The position numbers and the translations under genes were made by a program. The notes under the pieces are model-generated. The model was not told the origin of the DNA, ran no database searches, and saw only the letters and a program-made list of their open reading frames with translations. Shown here piece by piece: positions 1-9,368 of a stretch of DNA of 60,883 nucleotides. The first letter of the stretch is position 1, and the number at the start of each line of letters is the position of its first letter. Origin of the DNA: Zoogloeaceae bacterium (GTDB lineage Bacteria > Pseudomonadota > Gammaproteobacteria > Burkholderiales > Rhodocyclaceae); assembly GCA_031288305.1 (NCBI GenBank), contig JAITRP010000026.1, positions 1-60,883 of the forward strand, written 5' to 3'.

Positions 1-125
1 GGCGGCAGGCTGATGCTGTGCAGCACGATGAGCGAAACCGTCTCGCCCGCCGGACGCGCGTCGAAGTTCGGACTGACGATCCGTCGCGCCGAAGAAAGCC
101 AGCCTTCCTGAAATTCCATATCCAT
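1..125 (-). CDS. ampD: 1,6-anhydro-N-acetylmuramyl-L-alanine amidase AmpD (5' part only, runs off window start)
   Basis: Not in the ORF track. Manual translation gives MDMEFQEGWLSSARRIVSPNFDARPAGETVSLIVLHSISLP, matching the AmpD N-terminus (GWL..ARR..SP.FD.RP...L.V.H.ISLPP). Confidence 0.9.
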   Translation of the reverse strand, partial: MDMEFQEGWLSSARRIVSPNFDARPAGETVSLIVLHSISLP

Positions 126-276
126 CTTGCCGATTCCTGTCCAATTTCCCAAAAACCGCATGGCATGCGAACGCGCGGACTTCATGGGGCAAGGCGACCC
201 GTGCCGCAGCTATCTCGCAAGGCATGGATTGTAGCTTTATTGAGCGCAGGAAGCCTAAATCGGATAGGTCTCGGCT

Positions 277-394
277 GCGATCCAAAGTGGAGGAAACCCG
301 TGCGCACGCCCTCGTTTTTGACGAGTTTGAAGGTGAGCGCACAAGTTTTGCGTTCGCGCTTTGCTCGGCAAGATTTTCCTCCACTTTGGATCGC
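277..394. repeat. Repeat family R3: MITE-like element with terminal inverted repeat GCGATCCAAAGTGGAGGAAA
   Basis: GCGATCCAAAGTGGAGGAAA at 277 and its reverse complement ending at 394. An additional reverse copy lies at 602-621. Confidence 0.85.
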
Positions 395-708
395 GCCCGT
401 AAGCTTTATCAAGGTTGAGCATGGCTTGGCGATCAGGGAAAGCGCGGGTGCCCCCCTTGTGTGCAGCTTCGCAGTCTGCAAAGGCTTTGCTGCATCTGGC
501 TTCGCCAGACCAGCCTGCGGCTGTCCTTTCGCCTTCGGCTCCAGTAGGGGAGGGCTGGCGCCCTGCAAAGGGAGCGCGGCGGCGCTTCGTCCTGGGCAGT
601 TTTTCCTCCACTTTGGATCGCGCACCCGCTATTCAGTCAGGATTCCGCGCCCTGCCCGCGCTGGAGTAAGATTGCTGCTGCCTTCCCTGGAAAAATCGAG
701 TCACCGCC

Positions 709-2214
709 ATGCGAAAAAACCGCTATTTTTCCCTTTGCCTGTCCAGCCTGTGCGGCCTGTGCGCCATGCTCTTCTGTCTTGCCGGAGCGCAGGCGGCGGA
801 TATTCATTACAGCCACGCGACGCGCTTGACCCTGCGGGAAGCGCCCGACGCTGGCGCGGCGGCGCTGGCGCGGTTGTCGATCAATCAGCCGCTGGAGATC
901 GTCGCGCGGGAAAATCGCTGGTGCCGGGTGCGGCTCGTGGAACCCGTAGATTCCGCCGATGCCGCGCGGGAAGGCTATGTCCATTGCGCCTTCCTGAAGG
1001 ATAAAAAGCTCGATTTCGCGATGCTGGAAACCGAAGCGGCGCGGTTGTTCCTGGAATTGCATCGGGAAAACCTGACGCCAAGCGAGGAAGCGCGGATTCT
1101 GGAGGCGCTCTTCACGCGGATCGAACGCCATTTCGCGCTTTCGCCTTCGCTGTACGCCTATAACGATTACCGGGCGCTGCTTCGGGATGCGCGGCGGCGC
1201 GGTTCGGAAAATCCGGAATTTCAATTACCGGCGCGTGAGAAAAAGCGGGCGGCGATGTTGCGCGAATTGTCGCGCCAGACTTGGGAAGAGGAGTTTCCCG
1301 TGGTGCGCCAGACCGTGGTGACGAGCGGGATAGAAAAAACCTTGCGAAAACTGCGCTCGGAACGAGGGTGGGATAGCCTCCCTTACCGCCTCCCGGAATA
1401 CCGGATTCTTGGTATACGTGATGATCCTGAACTGGTCGGGGAAGAATATCGTGAATATGATAATAAAATTTTCCCCGCGCCACCCAAGGCATCTTTTTTC
1501 AGTCGAGGCAAATGGGCTATTGGCTGGGCAGGCGGTCCCATGATTCATCGGCGTCACGGCAGCCATCCGCCCACTTATTCCGTGGGATTCAGCAGTGGGG
1601 GAAACGAGTTCGTATTCAATCGCGTCTATGAGATGGCAAAAGCGCTCAAGGCGCCGGTCAATGTCAGTTTCGTCGCGGTCAGCGATACGTCGGAAGTGTC
1701 AATACTGGAAACGAAACTCCCCATCTGGGCCATTACTTCGGATGGCCTGGTCGCGGGCCATTTACGAGAAGCCCGTCTTGGTCCGGACGTCAGCGCATGT
1801 TCCGTCAGCCCAGGTTCTGCCGAAATCGTATTCGACCGCCCGCTCAAGGGCAAGATATATGGCGTTTTCGCCAGCAATGCGCCGATCGATCCCGCCAAGG
1901 CGAAAATAACTGTCCGCGACAAAACCTATTTGGGGGGCAGCTTTCTGGGAGATGAGCAAGCCAGGATGACCTACCGCGAGGAAGCCAGCGTGGATATCGA
2001 CAGCGACGGCGTGGACGACCTGTCCATCATGCTATCCACCGATCAATCGGCCGATCTGGAACCCTATCAGCCACGCCATGCCGTCTTCAATGGAAACTTG
2101 GGCGGATTCCTGCGCGTGTCCGGATATTACGACTATAACGTCTATTCCCTGCTGGTCAATGAGGACGGACAATGGCGCACATTGTTCCTGTACGACATCG
2201 TGACCTGCACATAA
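709..2214 (+). CDS. Secreted protein with N-terminal SH3b-like domain
   Basis: Signal peptide ending AQA. SH3b-like pattern LTLREAPDAGAAALARL...W.RVRL...EGYV. C-terminal DIDSDGVDDL Ca-binding-like loop. Confidence 0.75.
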   Translation: MRKNRYFSLCLSSLCGLCAMLFCLAGAQAADIHYSHATRLTLREAPDAGAAALARLSINQPLEIVARENRWCRVRLVEPVDSADAAREGYVHCAFLKDKKLDFAMLETEAARLFLELHRENLTPSEEARILEALFTRIERHFALSPSLYAYNDYRALLRDARRRGSENPEFQLPAREKKRAAMLRELSRQTWEEEFPVVRQTVVTSGIEKTLRKLRSERGWDSLPYRLPEYRILGIRDDPELVGEEYREYDNKIFPAPPKASFFSRGKWAIGWAGGPMIHRRHGSHPPTYSVGFSSGGNEFVFNRVYEMAKALKAPVNVSFVAVSDTSEVSILETKLPIWAITSDGLVAGHLREARLGPDVSACSVSPGSAEIVFDRPLKGKIYGVFASNAPIDPAKAKITVRDKTYLGGSFLGDEQARMTYREEASVDIDSDGVDDLSIMLSTDQSADLEPYQPRHAVFNGNLGGFLRVSGYYDYNVYSLLVNEDGQWRTLFLYDIVTCT

Positions 2215-2225
2215 GAGAAAAAAGC

Positions 2226-3335
2226 ATGACAAAACGATTTTCGCAATACCTTGCCGTTTTCCTGTGGACGCTCCTGGTGAGCGTTCCGGCGCAAGCGGAT
2301 TCGCTTGAAAAAGCGGAAGGTTGGGTACGCTGGATGCAGGAAACGCCCGGCGCGGATGGCTGTGCATATAACGATGGACTTTTATTGGGATACGGTATCC
2401 CCTATGGCGGATTGGTTCGTATCTGGAACGAAGATGAAGCCGTATCTTTTTCCGAGCAAGCGCCGTTGCATTACCTGGAGTTTTTGGACGCAAGCCTGAA
2501 AGCATGTTCCCTGCCCGCCGGAAAGGACACTCCTGACCCCAATGCCTCCGAAAACAAATGGCTGGAACGTTTTGACTTTTATCAGCATCCCGACTACGAC
2601 GCTCATTTCGATCATGCCGACGCCTTGGCGCTTGCCGGACCCTCGGTAAAAGACGGGGTAACGCGCTACTGGAAACAAGACGGCAAAACTCACATCCGTT
2701 TTGCGCTCAATGGAACTGCCAGGGATTTGCGCTCCTGGGCCAAGCGGCGGGGAATCGCCCTGCAATTGACCCGGCAGCAAACCAACGGTCCGGTGTTTTA
2801 CGGCGACTTGCCGATTCTCCGGGGCAAGACGGCAATTCCAGTTTTCGTCGTTTCGCCGGAGGGACTGACATCCGCCAGGATCGTGGATTTTTCTGGCGAT
2901 TGGGTAGAAGTAGTCTTGGGAAACGACACAATGCCGCCCGTCTGGGCCGTGATTGCCCTGCGCGATCCCGGTCTTGCCAAAAAGGCGAAAGTCACGCGCC
3001 AAAGGCAATTGGAAACACAGAAAGAGGGTACCCATTACCTTGAACTCAAGCGCGGTGTGCTGCGGCTCGAATTTGAAAACAACGCCTTGCCGCCCCTGAC
3101 CCTGGTTGCGCGACAGTTGGCTTTCTGGGAAAGCACCGTGGAAATGGGTGAAAAAGAGGACGAGTGGATCGAAACGGAAAAAACCCTGCGGGGCAGCGTC
3201 TGGGGAACGGAAATCTTCATTCCCGACGAAGCCTATGCAAAAGAAAGGGAATGGAACCCTTCCGCCACCTTTACCTTTGGCCGCGCCATCAGCTTCCTCG
3301 GCTCCCCGCGCTGCCCGCCGCCCGCGCCGGAATGA
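2226..3335 (+). CDS. Secreted hypothetical protein, partly similar to the upstream gene
   Basis: ATG at 2226, 11 nt after the previous stop. Signal peptide ending PAQA. Shares a segment with 709-2214. Confidence 0.7.
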   Translation: MTKRFSQYLAVFLWTLLVSVPAQADSLEKAEGWVRWMQETPGADGCAYNDGLLLGYGIPYGGLVRIWNEDEAVSFSEQAPLHYLEFLDASLKACSLPAGKDTPDPNASENKWLERFDFYQHPDYDAHFDHADALALAGPSVKDGVTRYWKQDGKTHIRFALNGTARDLRSWAKRRGIALQLTRQQTNGPVFYGDLPILRGKTAIPVFVVSPEGLTSARIVDFSGDWVEVVLGNDTMPPVWAVIALRDPGLAKKAKVTRQRQLETQKEGTHYLELKRGVLRLEFENNALPPLTLVARQLAFWESTVEMGEKEDEWIETEKTLRGSVWGTEIFIPDEAYAKEREWNPSATFTFGRAISFLGSPRCPPPAPE

Positions 3336-3340
3336 AGTTT

Positions 3341-3994
3341 TCAGGCGGAATTCTCCCCCGCCTCCCGGAACAGCCCGCAGAGAAAGAGCGTGCTTGAGAG
3401 CGTTTCCAGCAGTTCCTCGTAGAGTTGCATCCCGATGTCGTCATAGCGGATGTCGAGCGCGATAGCCGCGAGGCCGCAGGCGATGGCGGGCCAGAACCAG
3501 CGCCAGGCGGCGCGGGACGCCATTCTTTTGAGGAAGAAGAGGAGAACCAGTCCGGCGCAGGCATAGACGGCCAGCAGGGCATGAATCCAGGAACGCGCGG
3601 CAGGCGCGGCGTCGGCGACCGTGTAGAAGAGAAAATCCTGCATCTGCTCATGGAACATGAAACGCTCATCGAGCGCCGCGAAGAAGAGGCACAGGGCCAG
3701 AGCGCCCCAGAACCATCGCGCCCGCCCTGTGTCCGCCCGCGCCGCATTCTGGGCAAGCAGGCCGCTCATGCTGGCGCAGGCGACGAGCAACATGCCCTGC
3801 TGCCAGGCAAGCGGCGCGTCTTCCGCGGCAAAGGCAAAAAGCAGATCGGGACGCCAGGCCACGCCAATCCCGACGGTAACGGCCAGATTGAGGCCGAGGA
3901 CGAGATACGGAACCACACAGCCCGGCGCGCGCTTTCTGGGCAAATCCTCGTGGCTAGCGCCGATCCAGTCGAATGGTTTCATGTCGCGCATCAT
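3341..3994 (-). CDS. Multi-pass membrane hypothetical protein
   Basis: About 6 hydrophobic segments, with a DERFMFHE motif and a YEELLE motif. GGAG lies upstream of the ATGs at 3994/3991. Confidence 0.7.
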   Translation of the reverse strand: MMRDMKPFDWIGASHEDLPRKRAPGCVVPYLVLGLNLAVTVGIGVAWRPDLLFAFAAEDAPLAWQQGMLLVACASMSGLLAQNAARADTGRARWFWGALALCLFFAALDERFMFHEQMQDFLFYTVADAAPAARSWIHALLAVYACAGLVLLFFLKRMASRAAWRWFWPAIACGLAAIALDIRYDDIGMQLYEELLETLSSTLFLCGLFREAGENSA

Positions 3995-4038
3995 ACTCCA
4001 GGGGGTATGAAGATCGGCGGCGATGCGTTTTCGCGGGT

Positions 4039-4056
4039 GCAATCCAAAGTGGAGGA
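4039..4056 (+). repeat. Isolated R3 terminal repeat
   Basis: GCAATCCAAAGTGGAGGA. Confidence 0.7.
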
Positions 4057-4136
4057 CGTCAAGGTGATATTGACTTGATAAGTCTGCTGTCCCTGGTTTG
4101 CAGGGGTTGCGTATGGCTTGGGCGTATCAGGGGAAG

Positions 4137-4274
4137 CGCGGTTTGCCCCCCCCCTGACAAGGGGGAATGGCCTGCATCCGATCTCCATTGCCGCAAACCC
4201 CTCCCCAGCCATCCCCTTGCCAGGGAAGGGAGTATGGCGGCGCTTCGTTTGGAATGATTTATTGACATGGCATT
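4137..4274 (+). repeat. Repeat family R2 (CCCCCTGACAAGG...GCCGCAAACCCCTCC...CGCTTCGT...ATTGACATG), copy a
   Basis: Collinear blocks shared with 17455-17624 (+) and 28289-28447 (-). Confidence 0.8.
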
Positions 4275-4334
4275 CTCTGCCTTTAATTGCGCCCCCATTC
4301 CTGTCCAGTCCGTCTACCCTTCGCGCTCCGATAC

Positions 4335-4343
4335 TGGTAGAAT
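4335..4343 (+). promoter_or_regulatory. Putative extended -10 promoter of rpsO
   Basis: TGGTAGAAT (TGn-TAGAAT) about 135 nt upstream of the rpsO start. Confidence 0.5.
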
Positions 4344-4476
4344 TCGCTCCCCTTGTGCGCAAGACGCATGGGGTTCCTGCCGGAAGCGCGTATTTTCGCG
4401 TCGTCTTTCGGGTTCATTTGTCTGGCGCTGGCTCTTTCAAACCGGGGCGGCGCCGTTTTTGGAAAGCGTGTTTGAA

Positions 4477-4746
4477 ATGGCTGTTACGACCGAACAAAAG
4501 GCAAAAATCGTTGCCGAATTCCAGCGTGCGCCCGGCGACACCGGGTCTTCCGAAGTGCAGATCGCGCTTTTGACCGCCCGCATCAATGACCTTACCGGGC
4601 ACTTCAAGGAACACAAGAAGGATCACCACTCCCGGCGCGGGCTGCTCAGCATGGTAAGCCAGCGCCGCAAGTTGCTGGATTATCTCAAAGACAAGGATCT
4701 GAACAGCTACCGCAACCTGATCGAACGTCTGGGACTGCGTAAGTAA
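4477..4746 (+). CDS. rpsO: 30S ribosomal protein S15
   Basis: MAVTTEQK...[13 protein letters not shown]...[12 protein letters not shown]...LGLRK, 89 aa, upstream of pnp. Confidence 0.99.
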   Translation: MAVTTEQKAKIVAEFQRAPGDTGSSEVQIALLTARINDLTGHFKEHKKDHHSRRGLLSMVSQRRKLLDYLKDKDLNSYRNLIERLGLRK

Positions 4747-4935
4747 GGGCGCGCGCATCTTCACGCGGGGGCGGCGCGCTCCATGTCCATTTTTGCGCAA
4801 TCCGTCGCCAGGAGCGCCTGCCTTGCCGGCAGGACGCTCTTTTCGTTTTTCCGCAGGCAAGAAGGCTTCTGGCGCTGAAACGCGCCAGGGAAGCGTATTG
4901 AATTGTTGTTGAATTGAGTGAGAGGAAAGAAAAAC

Positions 4936-7056
4936 ATGTTTGAGATTGTAAAAAAGACCTTCGCCTATGGCGATCATCAGGTCACATTGGAGACGGGCGA
5001 GATTGCCCGTCAGGCTTCTGGCGCGGTATTGGCGCGCATGGGGGAAACCGTGGTGCTGGTCACGGCAGTGGCGGCGAAAGACGCCAAGCCGGGTCAGGAT
5101 TTCTTTCCGCTGACTGTGGATTACCAGGAAAAATTCTATGCCGCCGGACGCATCCCCGGCGGCTTTTTCAAGCGCGAGGGTCGGCCTTCGGAAAAGGAAA
5201 CCCTGACTTCCCGCCTGATCGACCGTCCCATTCGCCCCCTGTTCCCGGAAGGCTTCTATAACGAGGTGCAGGTAGTGGCGACCGTGCTTTCCCTCGACCC
5301 GGAAATCGACCCGGACATCCCGGCGTTGATTGGCGCTTCCGCCGCTCTGGCGATTTCCGGCGTTCCCTTCGACGGCCCCATCGGCGCGGCGCGTGTTGCC
5401 TGCATCGACGGCCGGTATGTGCTGTGTCCCACGGCGACGCAGTTGAAGGAAAGCCAGCTGGATCTGGTGGTGGCGGGCACGGAAAGCGCCGTGCTGATGG
5501 TGGAATCGGAAGCGAAAGAGCTTTCCGAGGAAATCATGCTGGGCGCGGTGATGTTCGGTCACGAACAGATGCAGGCCGCGATCAACGCCATCAACGAACT
5601 GGTGGAAGAAGGCGGCAAACTGGAATGGGACTGGCAACCGCCGGTGAAGAACGAACCCCTGATCGCCCGTCTCGACGCGCTCGCGCGCGCCAGGCTCGAA
5701 GAAGCGTACAACATCACCGGCAAGCAGGAACGCAGCCAGAAGGTGAAGGAAATCCGGACGGAAACCATCGCCGCGTTGTGCGAAGGTGACGAGGCCGCCG
5801 ACGAAGGCGCGGTCGCCGAACTCTTTTTCAACCTGGAAGCCGCCATCGTGCGCGGGCGCATTCTCTCCGGCGCGCCGCGCATCGATGGCCGCGATACCCG
5901 CAGCGTGCGTTCGATCCGCATCCGCACCGGCGTGTTGCCGCGCACCCACGGTTCCGCCCTGTTTACCCGCGGCGAGACGCAGGGACTGGTTATCGCCACG
6001 CTGGGCACCAACCGCGATGAGCAGATCATCGACGCGCTGGCGGGCGAATATCGGGAGCGATTCATGCTGCATTACAACATGCCGCCGTTCGCCACCGGCG
6101 AATGCGGGCGCGTGGGTTCGCCCAAGCGGCGGGAAATCGGGCATGGCCGCCTGGCCAAACGCGCCCTGCTGGCGGTGCTGCCGAAGCCGGAAGATTTTTC
6201 CTATTCCATGCGCGTGGTTTCGGAAATCACCGAATCCAACGGCTCCTCCTCGATGGCCTCCGTCTGCGGCGGCTCGCTGGCGCTGATGGACGCGGGCGTG
6301 CCGCTGAAATCGCATGTGGCGGGCATCGCCATGGGGCTGATCAAGGAAGGCAACCGCTTTGCCGTGCTCACCGACATCCTGGGCGACGAGGATCATCTGG
6401 GCGACATGGACTTCAAGGTGGCCGGAACGCGCCAAGGCGTCACGGCGCTGCAAATGGACATCAAGATCCAGGGCATCACCCGGGACATCATGAAGATCGC
6501 GCTGGCGCAGGCCAATGAAGCGAGAATGCATATCCTCGGCCTGATGGAAGCCGCTGTTTCCGGACACCGGGAAGAAATGTCCACCTACGCGCCACGCCTT
6601 TACACCTTCAAGATCAACCCGGAAAAAATCCGCGACGTGATCGGCAAGGGCGGCGCGGTCATCCGCGCTCTGACGGAAGAGACCGGCGCCACCATCGACA
6701 TTGCCGATGACGGCACCATCACCATCGCCGCCACGAGCAGCGAAGCCGCCGCAGACGCGCGCGCGCGCATCGACATCATCACGGCGGAAGTGGAAATCGG
6801 CAAAATTTACGAAGGCGCGGTGCAGAAGATTCTCGACTTCGGCGCTTTCGTCAATCTCCTGCCCGGCAAGGACGGCCTGTTGCACATCTCGCAGATTGCC
6901 AACGAGCACGTCAATCGAGTGGAGGATTACCTGAGGGAAGGCCAGGTGGTGCGCGTCAAGGTGCTGGGCGTCGATGAACGCGGGCGCGTAAAACTTTCCA
7001 TGAAGGCGGTGCTGGCGGAAGAAGCGCAGCAACAGGAGCAGGAACCGCAAGCCTAA
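4936..7056 (+). CDS. pnp: Polyribonucleotide nucleotidyltransferase (PNPase)
   Basis: [21 protein letters not shown] and GDMDFKVAG motifs, plus KH and S1 domains. Confidence 0.99.
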   Translation: MFEIVKKTFAYGDHQVTLETGEIARQASGAVLARMGETVVLVTAVAAKDAKPGQDFFPLTVDYQEKFYAAGRIPGGFFKREGRPSEKETLTSRLIDRPIRPLFPEGFYNEVQVVATVLSLDPEIDPDIPALIGASAALAISGVPFDGPIGAARVACIDGRYVLCPTATQLKESQLDLVVAGTESAVLMVESEAKELSEEIMLGAVMFGHEQMQAAINAINELVEEGGKLEWDWQPPVKNEPLIARLDALARARLEEAYNITGKQERSQKVKEIRTETIAALCEGDEAADEGAVAELFFNLEAAIVRGRILSGAPRIDGRDTRSVRSIRIRTGVLPRTHGSALFTRGETQGLVIATLGTNRDEQIIDALAGEYRERFMLHYNMPPFATGECGRVGSPKRREIGHGRLAKRALLAVLPKPEDFSYSMRVVSEITESNGSSSMASVCGGSLALMDAGVPLKSHVAGIAMGLIKEGNRFAVLTDILGDEDHLGDMDFKVAGTRQGVTALQMDIKIQGITRDIMKIALAQANEARMHILGLMEAAVSGHREEMSTYAPRLYTFKINPEKIRDVIGKGGAVIRALTEETGATIDIADDGTITIAATSSEAAADARARIDIITAEVEIGKIYEGAVQKILDFGAFVNLLPGKDGLLHISQIANEHVNRVEDYLREGQVVRVKVLGVDERGRVKLSMKAVLAEEAQQQEQEPQA

Positions 7057-7080
7057 TCCAGCTTTTCACGCTTTTAATGA

Positions 7081-7114
7081 ATGGACGCCCATTGTTTTTC
7101 CGGCGTCCATTTTT
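7081..7114 (+). terminator. Intrinsic terminator after pnp (possibly bidirectional)
   Basis: ATGGACGCC...GGCGTCCAT stem followed by TTTT, between convergent genes. Confidence 0.7.
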
Positions 7115-7144
7115 CATGGAAGGCCGCGCACCGCCGCCCTGTCC

Positions 7145-9181
7145 TCAGTTTTCTGTTTTGGGCAGGTAGAAATCGACGCGGCGGGTTTCCCGGATGCGTC
7201 CGTTTTCGATCCGGCCTTCGACGATTTCATAGCCCATCAGCGCGAACAGCCGGTTGGCGATGAACAGGGGGCGGGAATTGCCGTACCAGTCCACGCAGGA
7301 GGCAACGCAGTGGTCATCGATCTGGCCGATCTGGCTTTTGTCCGCTGCCGTGAGACTGCCCAGTTCGGAGAGCCTGCTGGGCTGATCCCGTGTGTAGTGC
7401 GTATAGCGTAAAAACACCACGCCGCTGGAAGTCTGCCGGAGTTGCCGCCAGCCCTGCCTGCCGCTGCCAGCAAAGGGGAGTCCCAAAAAGCCGCCTGTGG
7501 CGTCGGGTTTGTAGAAAAATCCGTGACTGCGGGTCTCGCCCTGCGCGGCATTGGACAGTTTGAAACTGTCGCCCGCTTGGGAGATGACGCCGAAAGCGTA
7601 GGGTGAAGCAACGTACACCGGCGTGAAATACAGGTCGTTCCCCCGTGTGCCAACGAGCAGCGGCGTCTTGCCCAGCGCCTCGATGCGATCAATGCTGTGC
7701 GCCAGCGAAACGCTTTGCAAGCGAATATCGGGCCGTACATATCCTTCCCTTGGTTTCAATTTCCAATGGAATATATAGGCACTAGAGGGAGCGGTTTGTT
7801 CCTTGCGTCTCCCCCAGGTCTGCCCCGCGCCATAGACGAGAACATCGTCGATATAACGATTCTGGAGACTGCCCCCGCCTTCCGGCGCGTCCAGCGGCGT
7901 GTAGTTTTCCTTTGCGGCGGATGTCGATCCGTCACCGAAGTCAGCAAGCGGCACGCGCAAAAAAGCCAGCTTCTGGCGGTCTTCTTCTTCCGCCGCCCAC
8001 ATGGACGCCAGCGGCCCATCGGCGCGCAACAGCACATTGAGATGCGCGTCCTCGCTCTCCAGGAAAGAGAATTGGTCGATGGGACTGCCGAAGACCTTGA
8101 GGGCGGACGGCGCGGCGTTCTGCGTCAGCGGCAAACGAAAGACCGCGGCGCTGACCGGTTTTTCTTCCGCACTGCCATGACCATAGCGCCAGGGCGCGGT
8201 CCAGACATACACCGCATTTTTGGCGACATAGAATTCGCGCCCGGCATATCCCAGCACGGATGAGGCCGCGCAATCCAGCGCGCCGCCGGTAATCTTGCAG
8301 GTGGTGACGGTATGCAGCGCGATGTCGTCCTCGCCGGGATCGAGATCGTCCGTCGCGCGGTAAATGCGGGTGGCGGGGGCAATCTGTTTGAATTCGCCGG
8401 GGTTTTGCGCGTCCCGCCAGTGGCGCAGCGCGGGCAGGCTTTGCAGGGGATCATGAAGATTGAGATAGAGCGGCGCATAGAAAATCAGCGTATCGCCAAT
8501 CAGGCGGCTGGCGTAATTGCGCGAAGAATAATAGTCGTTGGAACGCAAAACATAGGTGGATTGGTAGGTGAGCCTGCCGTCCTCCCCGATCTGGAACAAC
8601 ACCACTTCCGTGCCGCCTTTTGCGTAGCTGTAGCCAATGACGAGGACGGTATCGCCGGAAATCAGCAGTTCGTCGTACCAAGCGCCCCCCCCGTCGGAAT
8701 CGGGCGCGAAGATCCGCAGTTTGTCGTACCAGGCGCGCGCCCCGTCGGAATCGGGCGCGAAGGCGTCCCGCATGTCGACGGGCGTCAAGGCGTCATCGCC
8801 AATCTTGACGGTAAAAAGCCGTCCCCGGCGCAGAATGACCAGGTGCTTCCCATGCAGCTTGACGATGCCGCCCTCATCGACGCCCGCGCTCTGCGTATTG
8901 GTGATCGACTCCTGCGCGGGCGGCGCGGCTGCGGGTTCGGCTGCGAGTTCGCCGAGTTCAAACCTGCGCTGCTCGACGCCGCCATAAGCCTTTTTTTTCT
9001 CCTCCAGCCAGGCGAGCCATTCCTCCTCGGAAGCAAACGCCCGCAAGTGGCTGCCCGCCGCCTCGCCCTCGAACGCAGGCGGTGGCGGCGGCGTGACGCT
9101 GGGGGAAGCGAAAAGCGTGACCGTCAGGCCAAGCGCCACCACCGTACCCATGATGCCAAACGCAAGAGATGAACGCGCCAT
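7145..9181 (-). CDS. Secreted beta-propeller domain-containing protein
   Basis: N-terminal hydrophobic segment. ITNTQSAGVDEGGIVK, YASRLIG and DQFSF motifs typical of the secreted Beta_propel family. Probable start MARSS at 9181. Confidence 0.8.
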   Translation of the reverse strand: MARSSLAFGIMGTVVALGLTVTLFASPSVTPPPPPAFEGEAAGSHLRAFASEEEWLAWLEEKKKAYGGVEQRRFELGELAAEPAAAPPAQESITNTQSAGVDEGGIVKLHGKHLVILRRGRLFTVKIGDDALTPVDMRDAFAPDSDGARAWYDKLRIFAPDSDGGGAWYDELLISGDTVLVIGYSYAKGGTEVVLFQIGEDGRLTYQSTYVLRSNDYYSSRNYASRLIGDTLIFYAPLYLNLHDPLQSLPALRHWRDAQNPGEFKQIAPATRIYRATDDLDPGEDDIALHTVTTCKITGGALDCAASSVLGYAGREFYVAKNAVYVWTAPWRYGHGSAEEKPVSAAVFRLPLTQNAAPSALKVFGSPIDQFSFLESEDAHLNVLLRADGPLASMWAAEEEDRQKLAFLRVPLADFGDGSTSAAKENYTPLDAPEGGGSLQNRYIDDVLVYGAGQTWGRRKEQTAPSSAYIFHWKLKPREGYVRPDIRLQSVSLAHSIDRIEALGKTPLLVGTRGNDLYFTPVYVASPYAFGVISQAGDSFKLSNAAQGETRSHGFFYKPDATGGFLGLPFAGSGRQGWRQLRQTSSGVVFLRYTHYTRDQPSRLSELGSLTAADKSQIGQIDDHCVASCVDWYGNSRPLFIANRLFALMGYEIVEGRIENGRIRETRRVDFYLPKTEN
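8661..8762. repeat. 51-bp in-frame tandem duplication
   Basis: GTCGTACCA at 8672 and 8723. Protein reads FAPDSDGARAWYDKLRI / FAPDSDGGGAWYDELLI. Confidence 0.9.
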
Positions 9182-9368
9182 GATATTCCCCCAACAAAGT
9201 TCGGAAGCGCCCATGCTACTACGACGCCCATCGCCTGTCACATGCGGCGCCCAAAGCCGCGCGCAACGGGAAACCATGAAATCGTGGTATGCTCTTCGCC
9301 GGCAACGCCATGAACATCCGCCTGAATCGAATCGCTTGCGAGGCGGCAATCATGCGGCTTGAACAGAC

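Noticed and set aside
18-1004. 328-aa ORF
   Set aside because: Runs through antisense ampD, the R3 repeat and an alternative frame of the SH3 gene.
4414-7050. 878-aa minus-strand ORF
   Set aside because: Antisense shadow of rpsO-pnp caused by GC-rich codon bias. No recognisable motifs.
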